NCBI GenBank assembly: GCA_000708835.1
Contig: DF236983.1
Span: 62,001 to 126,000 of the forward strand
Reading direction: 5' to 3'
Length of the DNA stretch: 64,000 nt
Origin: Klebsormidium nitens
Taxonomy: Eukaryota; Plantae; Klebsormidiophyceae
The first letter of the stretch is position 1. Each line of letters begins with the position of its first letter. Below the pieces are notes generated by a model that was given only the letters and a program-made list of their open reading frames with translations, was not told the DNA's origin and did no database searches. Positions 33,101-44,700 of this stretch are shown one piece after another. Position numbers and translations under genes: made by a program.

Positions 33101-36100
33101 AAAGCGGGGTAACTAGACGTGTCCTCACCCTGACTGGCGACGGCGTCCCCCCCGGCGCCCGCAGCACGTGCTCCCCGATCACGTAGTTCTGGAGGCGCCA
33201 CGTGTAAGCCTGCGGGTCGCCCTCGTGGCACGTGACCACGTTGCACCAGTCGCGCGCACGCACCTCCGACACCGCGAAACCCGTCACTCGCGCCAACTTC
33301 AGTTCTTCTTCCCGCAGCTTTAATCGTTTCGCGCGCTTGGCCAGGTGGCCTTGGGACAGCTCGCGGCTCTGTTGGTCCTAAAAAGAGGAATACAACAACA
33401 ATGGTGTGCGTTAGTAGACGAAGGTCTGTACCGGTTGACAGCCGAAGAAGCATCGGAAAAGTGTTGGCTGTCGTCCTTAGAAGTTCGACTCACGGAAAAA
33501 GCGACCGGGAAAAGTTTTTCAAAAGGAAAGCAAAGCGGTGCGGGATTCAACAGGTTCTGAATTATTGTGAAAGAACGACCAGCAAAGCACGAAGACGAGC
33601 TGCGGAGGGACTCAGGCATCCGGACAGGCTGCGCTCAATGGGGCTCTTGCTCGAGATAGAAAATGGAAGCTGAGAAGGAGACGTTGCAGCGGGTTTCAAG
33701 ATCGTAGAAAGAAACCCTGCACACTCGATTAACGACGGGACAGAGAACCATGAAATGAAAGCGGATAACCGGACTACGACAAGCGGACCTCAACATTTAT
33801 GTTTGCCTAGAACGCAAACGTTCGACTTAGCTCGCCCTTCTGCCCGTGACGAAGTACGCTGCACCCGTACCTGGATAGTCGAGAAGAGCCGGAACGCCCG
33901 GTCGTTCCCCGCCGACAGAATATGCCTGCCCGAAGCGTAATACTGAATGGCGCACGGGGGCGCGCTGTGCCCCGACCGAAACCTCAGCAATCTCGCCGCC
34001 CCGTCCTCCTGGTCAAAGATCCACATCTTGAGCGAGTTGTCCGCCCCCGCTGACATCAGCACGGGCTCGCTCGGGAAGAAGTAGAGCGCAGTCACGGGCC
34101 CATCGTGTGCGTCCTTGATGACCGTGCTCAGCTGCTTCTTTTCAAGGTCCCAAACCGTTACCATACCGTTCCCGTTCCCGGCGGCCAGCAGCGGCCGGCC
34201 GTCGGTGCGAAAGGAGAGGGCGTTTACGGGGCCGCCGAAGGTGTGGGTTAGCGTCATAACCGTCTCGTTAAACTTGAGGTTATGGACGATAACTCGACCA
34301 TCGGCGAGGCCGACGCCGACGACGTCGAGTGCAGGTGAGGGAACGGCGCAGCGCACGGGCGATTTCCAGCCGTCGAACTGGAAGACCATCTGACGGCTAG
34401 AAATGTTCCAAAGCTGGAGGCGGCCGTCTTCGCTGCCAATGAGGACCTGTAGGGGGAAGAATTTGCGGAAGTGTAAATCAAATGAGCGCTTATCACCGCA
34501 AGCTATTTTGAAACAAAGAAGGGAAGGGAGGAGGAGTTCGTTAGACGTTCAAAGTTTCACTGAACAAGGATATTGATCAAATCAGCAACAATCTCTAAAG
34601 TATGTGGAGATTGGATAGCGAGAATGAGCACCTGCAGAGGGTGGAGTTATCACACACCGTTTGCAGCACGTCTACGTGAGTCCCTAACCAATACACTCTG
34701 GTGGACGCAGGCGCCCGCCCCACCAGGACCAGTTCGGAACGAACTGAATTGCACGCTTCGAAGAACCAGGGGAAAACGCCCAGGGGGAAACACATCTACC
34801 AGCACGATTCATATCGTCCTTCATGAAATAATAACCACCAAGGACTAGCACAGATTGCAGGGCGCAGTCCAACACAGACGCGAGGGCAGCTGCATCAAAG
34901 AATGAGCTCTACGCCGGGAGCAAAGGCAGATGGTCTGTACCAGATTAGCGCAACCCCCGCAGCACTTCATGCTGCAACATCCGATGGCCCTCGTATTCAT
35001 TCAAGTGGCATGAATTCAAGATCAAAGGTAGACTGAGCCTAAAGTGTGTGCTTGTGTCTGTTTACCTTGTTCAAGTATGTGTCGGGATGCATGATCGTTG
35101 TTGGCTGGAAACCGTCCTCTAGTTCGATTTCGGCCTCCGGCTCCGTCACGTCGGGCCTCCCGAGGGGCCATAAGAGCAGCTTGCGGTCATCGCCTATGCT
35201 CAAGAGGTGGCTGCCCAGAACCAGGAGCTGGACGATCTTGCCGGTGTGCCCCTCCCAGGTTGCCACCTGCCAAAGCCACAAACAGTCACTGTCTACGCAA
35301 AGATGGGGCATTGTAAAGGAGCAGACAATTACAAGTACAGAATTCAAATTTCTAAAGTCCCAGAGGTGGCCTATCTAAACTGAACCGGTGTTGACACAAC
35401 TCTCTGCTCGATGATTGTCCTTTGGTACTCCACATTCCAGAATACGGCCCCGCTGCCCAGCCCATGAACGACGTACTTCAGAATGGGTGTCACAGAGCTC
35501 GAGAAAACCACCTGCCTGATCGCAGTACAAAAAGTCGAATGCCTTCTGGAAGATGAGAGAGGATTCTGCATCCCGACATATAACAGGATTGACCCGTGGC
35601 CGGGTCATTCAGCCAGCAAGAGTACCCAATCGTTGCATCTTGAAATGCCTTCGAAAGATTAAACTGGACGGAGTAAAGCTCAGGCAAAAGCACCACCATC
35701 TCATTGTCGAGCAATTCGGTCAAAAACCTGTGTTTGCAATCTTTAAAGGTGCCACTTTCCTTAACAATTGGCTTTGGTCAGAGCTTGTAGGTGCGTGCGC
35801 CGAGAGCGCTGCAACCGTTGAAGGGCGGCAGGGAGTGCTTAACATGTGGGCAAAGTGAGAACCTCTAGATGATGGGAGATGTAAGTTCCACGACAAATGG
35901 GGTATACGAAAACCCTAGATAAACTGCCCCCAAAACCATAAAACTTAAAAACTCTACAAAGTGTCGCTTGCTTTCAATTTACAAGCGATGGCGGTGGTGG
36001 TGGTCGAAGACAGCGAGGAAGGAGCAATCAGCAGAAGCAAGAAGAAGCCCATTGTAAGACAGAATGAGCATGTTCTCTCACTGGATCAAGCTACATACTG

Positions 36101-36541
36101 AATCCACAAGTGAATGGTGGTAAAGGTGGCCAAACAATGGGCGAGCTATCTGAGCGTTTCAGAGCACCAAAACAATCTTATCTGAACAGAAACCCAAACC
36201 AACCCCAGATGGCGCTAGTCACCAGAAAAGCACCACCAATCTACAAGAATGTCCCAGAAAGTTGCTGACTGACACAGTAATCGCACCTGATGTGCCCGAT
36301 TAAAGACGCCAATTTTGCGCCCATACGCCGCAAAAGTGACGTCCCTGCGAGAGGCGAGCGCCCTGATATTTTTCTCCAAGGGGGGGCCTACGAATGTCAA
36401 CTGCAGCTTTCCGCACTTGTATATCTGCCAGGCCTTCCCAATGCTGACTGTCACGTAGACATCTTGCCCACGCTTTTGGACGCTGAATGGCGTCGACTCC
36501 GTAATGTACCCGAGGGCGCGGTATGGCTGGAAGATCGGCAT
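27101..36541 (-). CDS. UTP21: U3 snoRNA-associated protein 21 / WD-repeat protein 36 (SSU processome)
   Basis: ATG at 36541: MPIFQPYRALGYIT...VTVSIGKAWQIYKC; multiple WD40 exons (LRFRSGHSAPP, GHADRITGMCFSEDGR, DATLRVWDV); Utp21 C-terminal LVNLDVIKERNKPIEPPKKPEKAPFFLPT and NFELIQALL; stop at 27101 (…GFVANTQQ*). Multi-exon; spans the N gap. Confidence 0.93.
28724..29097 (-). other. Non-canonical GC-AG intron in UTP21
   Basis: Donor ATCAAG|GCAAGT and acceptor TTCAG|GAG join LDVIK to ERNKP in frame. Confidence 0.75.
29205..29365 (-). repeat. Intronic copy of a UTP21 acceptor plus exon start
   Basis: True CGCAG|GTGAAAGGCGCGACCTGCCCGGCG (exon starts 29228) versus copy CGCAG|GTGAACGGCGCCACTTGCCGGGGC (29355); 127 bp apart. 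Confidence 0.75.
30984..31571. other. Assembly gap (588 N) with an identical 25-bp sequence on both sides
   Basis: ATAATCAGCTTCCGCATCATGTCAA abuts both edges; both flanks are degenerate copies of the UTP21 exon starting at 30886. Confidence 0.95.
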
Positions 36542-37546
36542 GGTGGCGCAGCCAAACCGTGATGAATAACTTCTTTCCAAAATTACTCCATGCGGTCTCC
36601 ACAATTCAAGCAGAGCTCAGCTTGAGCCTTGAGCCTTTCAAGTTTCACTATTGATCAGTAGAACTGGCATTTGCAGCCCGCAGGCTCACCTAGCGCCCCT
36701 TCTCGCTTGCCGAGCTGCAGCCGCCACAAGAAAGCGCAGCGCTTTTCTGTCAGTGTGGGCGCTGGCGGCCAACTGAGCAGCTACCTACTAGTACTACTAC
36801 AGTGCTAGATATCGAGTACCGTATATCCTGACCCCGCTCTAGATAGATACTGGGCTTATCCAAAGGAGCTCCCATAAGCTATTGACTCAGACGCTGATCT
36901 ACTGGTAGCGGTACCAACCATACGGGGTTCGAGGGGTGCGATGGCTGCGTACCGGGAACCTTATGGGGTCAATTATCAAGCACTTATGCGGGATACGGTA
37001 TGTGAAACAGTCAGCTGCATTCACCTGGCACTGGCAGGTTCTGCTTCTGCCGTAGGTCGGTTGGCTTCTCTCTGTGTCTCTGCAGCGCTGTATCATCAGT
37101 GGTGCATCAGTGTATGGTTGCATTTGTGGCTTTCTTGCTGCCAATTACGTAGGACACCATCGCTGGCACTGGCAGGGGTCTGCCCTTTCTAGCGAACCGG
37201 TCTACTAATGTCAGTGAAAGGCAGAAGCTGTTGAAGGCTGAGGGAGCCCAAGAAGTCAAATGCAGTGCGCCGAAATTTTGCTTTTTGGACAATCGTATGT
37301 AGAGGAACTCAGGTGGCCAATTTCAGGAAGTTCCAATCTCCTTGCAGAAGGTTGCTCACTTCCTTGGAGGTGCAGGAAAAAACGTGGCAGTGTCCAGTTG
37401 AAAGGCAGCTGATTAAGAGTTGCTTAAGACTCCTTATCCAAAATTCACATCAGATCCACTTCTCTTCCTGAGCCCTTCCTTACCCGTCAGCTGCTCATCC
37501 TTGATTCACTATCAGAAGACCTTTGTAGTGGCGCCTGTCCCGTGTA

Positions 37547-40500
37547 ATGGAGGCGCAAGTCAGACTGAACGGTTGCGGCATTCCGTCTGTTTCAAGACAG
37601 ACTCCCAAGGCACAGCATTCACCTTCCTTTAGCTGCCACCAAGCTGTTCCGAGGCTTCCACGATCTCAAAGATGGAGATCTTTCCACAATGCTTCTGCTG
37701 TTGAGTTGCACCGCTGCTGGCGCTGCCAAATGAGCACCTCCCAAAAGATCTCATCAAGCTCTTCATTGGGCAACCCATCCGTCTTTAGTCCTTCCAATAA
37801 CCAGAGGCAGTTGCCCAGAAAAGGTGGCCTGATTCGGGCGCTCGATGCGGCGATGCCGTTTGACTATGAGTCAAAGAAGCAACGAGAGCTGAGGGAGAAG
37901 AGCAAGCTGCTGATTGGGGTGGTCGGCTTTGGAAACTTTGGGCAGTTCATAGCGAAGCGCATGATCCAGCACGGCCATACGGTGCTGGGATACAGTAGGG
38001 GCGACTACTCCAAGGTTGCTGAGGACATGGGGGCGCGCTACTTTAGGTGAGGGGGTGGTCTGCAATTCTCCTCGTATACCAAAAAGCAATGTGCATCCCC
38101 ATTATTCACACTAGATTGGGTCCTTCTACTTATCTTGACCTTCTCCCTGTACATGGACAAAGCACAGAATGACCGTCCCATATATGCCCCTCTTTAGCAC
38201 TGTCTGCTCCTCCAGTCCCAAACCCACATTCAAAAGCCCCTGGAATTTTCTTCCCTTTTCCCCCTAAGAGGCCACTCTAACGCGCTGCTTCTCAATCCCA
38301 CATTCTCACCCGCCTGGTCTCCAGGGATATTGATGACTTCTGCGAGGAGCACCCTGACGTCGTCATCATCTGCACGAGCATCCTCTCCACCGAGCGCGTG
38401 CTGCGTGCCGTCCCCTTCCAACGGCTCCGGCGGAGTACCCTCTTTGTCGACATGCTGTCCGTTAAGGAGTTCCCCAAGGCCCTCTTCCAACAGGTGGTGC
38501 ACCGGCTGTGCTCCTTATTATTCTCGCTACTCATCCAGATGAAGCGCAACTGAGCAGTTGCACAAACTTCCGTTTTCTGGCCAGGTTTCTTATGAATCAG
38601 AGGGAGCTGCCATGACCCCCGGTCCGTGAACATTCTCTCCCTTCGGTATAACTCAGCAGTGGCCTTCGATTGCGTACCCTAGCTCTTGGCGTGTGGTCAA
38701 ACTGTGAGTAGTTTTCCCCATAATCATCCCCTCCCTTCTAATCTACAGGTGCTCTTGACGCAGACAGCTCTTCTCAAACATAAGCAGCCTCGGCTTTTAC
38801 TCCTGGTGACATTTGCCCCCTCATTTATATAGCATACAAGAAACTCAGTGGCAGGACCCATAGTTTGCCATAAGGCACCCGGTTCTCTCTGTGCCAACCC
38901 CGGCCCTGATCTTAACCACTGAGACACATATCTCTTGCTTCTCTAGCTGCTTCCCAAGGACTTCGACCTACTGTGTACGCACCCCATGTTCGGACCAGAG
39001 AGCGGGAAAGGCGCCTGGACGGGGCTCCCATTCGTGTACGACAAGGTCCGCGTCGGCAAAAATCATGCGCGTCAGGACCGCTGCGAGCGCTTCCTCAAGG
39101 TCTTCGAGCAAGAGGTACGTTCATGATGTTTGCCTCCTGGTCCCCTTCTTCCCCGTCTTTTCTCTTCGTCTCCTTCAGGCTCCCTGATTCAAGCAAGACA
39201 GCCTAGAGCCTTCACGGCACGGTTCAGCACACTGCTTTTTGAGGCTGCACGAAGATGTTTGCGAAAGGTAATACGCTTTTGGATCATCGGCGCTTCCTTG
39301 AAGGGCTTGTAGAGCAGGCACGTCTGACGCTTGTGGAAGAGGTTGATTCCCTTGCAATCATTTGCTTGGTCCACGAACTTAATTGATCGAGGTTACTTGT
39401 CGCTTGAAAGGACGAGTTCAAAACTGAGCATGCTGATACTTTTTACACTGTTGATCCAATGTAGTGTCCTGACTCTAACCGTCCTGACTCTAACCGGTCA
39501 ACATTCAGCGGGAGGGATGTGTGATACTGAAATTCCGAAACATCGTTTGGGTTGCAAGTCGAACCTCTCCAAAGTCGCTCTATTGCAATACGGTCTTGCA
39601 CGCCATCGTTGTCTGCCATTTGTCTGCCGGCATGACGATCAGCCCGTTCGATCACCGGAAGCCTCAGTGAACAAGCAGAAATAATATCCCGTTTCCAGGG
39701 GTGCCGCATGGTGGAGATGACATGTGAGGAGCACGACAAGTACGCGGCCAGCAGCCAGTTCATCACGCACACCGTAGGGCGGGTGCTGGGCCAGCTGGCA
39801 CTGGAGTCGACGCCGATCAACACCAAGGGATACGAGACGCTGCTCTCGCTGGTGAGGCAACAATCTGTGGTGTCAAGACGTCAAGGTCGGGGTTTGAAGC
39901 GGTGGATGCCGTGTATATCTCGTTTGGAAGAGCGCAACCGGTTCGGTCCAAGCGCATCATCTCAGGCCGTTGAAAGGCCGCTGTGAGCTTTTGTCAGCGT
40001 TGGATGATATGAGAGACTTTAACCGCGACCGGAGTCCATGGCAAGATGGCTTGATACAGAACGTGTCCGGGCGCTGCCAGATAAGGTTAGGACTGGATTG
40101 AGCGGGAAGGCGAACACTGAAACGTGTATGCGACAACCGTGATCACTACAAGGGCTTGAGAAATCAATCAAAGCAGGAGAGCAACCGCCATTACGGACTT
40201 AAAACCTGCGCTTCTGACACCTCACCTGAGATGCATGCAGGTGGACAACACGTGCAAGGACAGCTTTGACCTGTACTACGGACTGTTCATGTACAACATC
40301 AACGCCACGGAAGAAGTGAGCCGCCTTGCCAATCGGTCAAAAGCACATCAAGGATGAGGGCTGCTTTGCTGCTCCTTTGGCAAACGCTGAAGAAGTTTCC
40401 CAATGAGGGGACCTCGGAGCTTGTATTGTCCAGATTGCACAGAGGCGACTGTGGTTAGAACAATCTCATTGCCAATCGTGTTTCTCCAATTGAGTTCTGG

Positions 40501-40922
40501 TCAAAGCTGCAATACTTCGCTAAGTGAGCGCAGTTCTTGGCAATTGCACCAAGCTTTCATAGGATCTCTCTTACGGTGCGCTTAACTAATTCACAAGATT
40601 GTCATCAAGGGGATTCCCATCCAAAGGCTCTCCTCTTTCTCTTCAGCTTGAACGGTTGGAACGGTCGTTCGACGCTGTCAAGAAGCAGCTCTTCGACCAG
40701 CTTCACGATATCCTGCGGACCCAGCTCTTTCAGAGCACACCGGCCAAGCGGGCGCCTCAAGAGCTCCCCCAAATTGCATCCACGCCGCGACCCCTGCTGT
40801 TGCCGGCTACGAGCTCAAACGGAGGTGCTTCTAATGGCGTGTCATCGAACGGAAGTGCCTCAAATGGCGCGGCGGGGCCTCATTTATCGAAAGAGGACGG
40901 GGTAGTCAAAGTTTCTGAATAG
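37547..40922 (+). CDS. TyrA: Arogenate dehydrogenase (plant TyrA, single domain) with plastid transit peptide
   Basis: About six exons (37547-38046, ~38327-38493, ~38947-39115, ~39698-39852, ~40241-40315, ~40649-40922). Motifs: Rossmann IGVVGFGNFGQF, DMLSVKEFP, CTHPMFGPESGK, EHDKYAASSQFITH, NTCKDSFDLYYGLFMYN. Confidence 0.93.
39466..39495. repeat. Perfect 15-bp tandem duplication in a TyrA intron
   Basis: GTCCTGACTCTAACC x2 (contains a branch-point-like CTAAC). Confidence 0.85.
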
Positions 40923-41773
40923 GAATTGCTTCTAAGAAAAGCAGGGGTCTGATTGCAAGAACCTTCTAGAAGGTGTTGGCGCAGTAGTCTCGTGCCAGTT
41001 TTTGAAGAAGGTCGTGTCTGCATCTTGACACACCCTGTCCGTTGCTTTGCGGGTCAAAGCATTCCGACGTCTTCAATGGTTTCCGTGTTGGGCTTATCCA
41101 CATTGTCTATGCCTCTTGATGTGAAACATCTTGCGTCCAATGGTTGCTTGAAGAATCTGATTTGACACAATGCTGATGGCAGATATTACGATACACCTTT
41201 ATACACCTTTGATCCTTCGGAGAAAACTCATGTGACACCGCCGATCCATCGGGTCGACTCCCGCCATTTATGAGTGGCGACGTGAAACCGCCCATGATGA
41301 TCCCGACTTCTGCACTTTAAATGCTAACACTTCGACGATCCAATAAATGCATGCCGTGTACCGCGACCAAGGCCCTAGCTGGATTAACTTTGATATTCCA
41401 TGAATCAAGCTACTAGCTGTGTAAAAAAGCTGGCACGCATACTATGATCATTGGTAGTACAAATTCAATCAACAGGAGGAGCTACGCCGCTGGGTGATAG
41501 AACGGATGCAATTTGCAGTGGCAGCAAAGGTGCGCCCGCATGCTCGCGAGCACTTGCAAATCTCGATTCTTGGATTCTCAGCCACGTGCCTCCGTCTAAA
41601 GCTTGCTATTGGTTAGCTTCAGTGGGACCGAATCTCTCGTCTCCTTGTCAGTCCCGCTCTAGTTCAGAAAGCACTGTTACGTACAGGGGGGATCTAGCAT
41701 TTCAGCCTGAGGAGTCAGCCTTCACTGTCAGGGCCAGGGATCTCAAATTCAATGCCATGAAGGGCGCTGATCA

Positions 41774-44700
41774 ATGCTGCTCAGGGTCGCAGGTAGGGTG
41801 AGCAGAAGGCAAGTTGGAACATTCTTGGTGAGGCGTCTTTCCCAGGGTTTTTACGCTGACAACATGGCTACCGCACAGGTGGATGCAAGCAAAGTCAACG
41901 GGACACCCAGCATTATGAACACATTGGGCACATCCGATCAGATTGTGAAAGATGCTCTGGAAGGGAAGCACGTCCTTCAGAAGCTTGGCAAGGATGACAT
42001 TCTCGTTGAAGACGAGGAGCTCCTGTCAAAAGAGTTTATCAACATTCTCAGGGAACTGAATGGGGAGGACATCGCAGAGGTGGTAGGTGACATTGGCCCT
42101 CGATGGAGTGTCAGCATGCTGACAACAGCTCACTGAAAGGAATCTGCGTTCCATCAATGGACATGCTGTTGATGAGAGATCCAGTGCAGATGATTATGCC
42201 AATGGATGCAAAGGATCCGAGTTTGTTGCCATCCGTAGTTTGTTATTATGAGCACAAAATCCTCAACTTTACAGTCAAGTCAGATGCAAAGTTGATACAC
42301 GGTCTTCCTGATGCAGGTCAAAGAATGCCACACCCTTGCTGCAAGCTACCAGACTTCAGGCAAAGTGGAAGATCTCAAAAGACTGGAGAAGATCATCAAT
42401 GAGCTCTCGCCTGGCGAGTCTATTGTGGCGACAAGTGCATTCAGCCACATTTTGCAGGTGCAATTTCATCTCTTGGTATCTATTTGACACGAAACTTCTA
42501 CCTCGACGACTTGACTGATAATGCTGTGATAGGTCCTTGGTACATGCACTTTCCCGACCAGAGTACTTTGCTGATCGACCTTCTCAACAATCCCATACCC
42601 CATGATTGAGCTCCTGAAGCCTGGCAAGTGAGATGCACCATCAACTGGAGGAAGAATGGCTGTACAATTCTTATGTCCTCATTGCTGTTCTACAGCTCTC
42701 CAATCTTGCCGAGGAGGTCCAGATCGCACTCCGACAGAGGGCACAGAAGAAGTCAGGTCACTTCTCTGATGAAGCACATGGAATGACAGAGTCGACAATC
42801 CAGGTAAGCTGCGCACGCGGCACCAACATATCTTTGCATCAACTGTGTCAGTGGCCGGGGCAAGATTGGTGCGAAACTGCTGTGTAGGCTCAAGCATGCT
42901 CTGAGTTTTCAATGCTCTCTGATGAAATTTCAGGGCAGGATTGTAAAGAAAGTCAAGCATTGGCTGAGTGAATGGAGGCACCAGGTGTAGCTACTTGAAT
43001 GCTGCAATTGACATTCAGAAGCGTTGAGCCGTGCTGCAACGTCTACATTGGAATGTGTACCAAGCTCGCAACATTTCATGCAGGAAACATTCGGGAAGCT
43101 GCTGAACTCTGGGAAGACTAAAGAGGATATCCATGCTGCTTTGAAAGCCCAATGCGTGGACCTTGTCTTCACCGCGCATCCCACTCAAGCTGTGAGAAGG
43201 TATGTTCATTAGATGGACTCCATATGTCACACGGCTGGCAAGGAATCTTCTGGCCACATGCTTCGACATGTGACATGATGTTTGCACTTATTTCAGGAGT
43301 TCTGATCAGCCTCCCGCACCTTGAAAGGCTGGTTCAACAACGGCGTTGTTCTAGTGCAAGCAGAGTTATGCCTGGGAATTCAACTCATGCCTGTCTCCTG
43401 CTCTATCCTGCAGATTGCGTTGAGCCACATGCCTGATTGCTACACTGTCCTGCAGATCTCTCTTACAGAAGCACTTCAAGATCCGGAACATACTGTCCGC
43501 ACTGCATTCGTCTGCTGTCCTCTCAGAGAATGAAAAGAATGAGTTATTGGAGTCTTTGAGGAGCAGCATGCAAGGAGGTACGCCAACTTCTTCCTCTTCT
43601 GTCAGGTTTCCTCCTCCTTGCCTGTTACTTCTTTTGAAGATGGTAATATGTTCCTGTATAGCTCGTTGAAAGATTTGTGGAAGACTGCTTCTGAATGCGA
43701 AACAAGCGGACAGTGTGCTGCATTTAGTCGAAAGAAGTCTCTGATATATGAAGTACCGTTTACGAGACTTTTGCAAACATTCATGCAAAGTCAGTGCAAG
43801 AGGACACTCATGGCTCCCTTGCATCTGCTTCAACCAGCCTGGCGCACAGACGAGATCAGGAGGACACCACCAACCCCCCAGGATGAGATGAGGGCTGGAA
43901 TGAGCTACTTCCACGAAACAATCTTCCACGGGCTGCCACGCTTCTTGAAGAGGGTCGATACAGCACTCTTTTCGATCGGTATTGAGGAGCGGTTGCCTCT
44001 GGACACCCAGATCTTCAAGTTCAGTTCCTGGATGGGTGGAGACAGAGATGGTGAGTTTCGTCACCACGGTTTTCTCAGGTCATAAGACAAGGGTTTGCCG
44101 TTCGCAAGAAAGTCTACTTATTGGAGAACGATGGTCCAGTGCCTGTCTGTGAAGCCTATGCGGCTCCTTTATTACGAGATTCTGGACGAGTTCTCTTAGT
44201 TTTCCGCGTATTCTGCACAGGGAACCCCCGCGTCACTCCTCCGGTGACCCGCGATGTGTTGCTGCTGTCTCGACTCATGGCAGCCAACCTCTACTTCCAC
44301 GAAATCGAGTGAGCTGCCGTTTCATGGAGCCAACACTTTCGACCAAAGCTACTTGACATCTTTCCAAACCTGTAGTAGTCTGACGAACCTTAGGAAGACT
44401 ACAGGTGCTCGCAAGAAAAATCTCCGTTTGATGGAGGTTGCCTCAATGCTGGTGTAGCTGTTATAACTCATTGCAGCACTCAATCATACTCAATCATTTA
44501 CGCTTGTTAGATGGAGTAGCACATAGTCAATATCACACACCTTCGAAACCATGTCACGTAATTAGCCCCAGGTTCTTCGACCCTTTTTGTATCCTAACAG
44601 TTGCATCCGTTTACTCTTGTAATGCCAGGGGCTTGATGTTCGAGCTGAGCATGTGGCGTTGTAGCGACAAGATGAAGCAGGTCGTCAAGGAGGTTGTTGC

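Noticed and set aside
36810-37002. Possible foldback in the UTP21/TyrA divergent promoter
   Set aside because: Only short (10-13 bp) scattered complementary patches; no coherent TIR or TSD.
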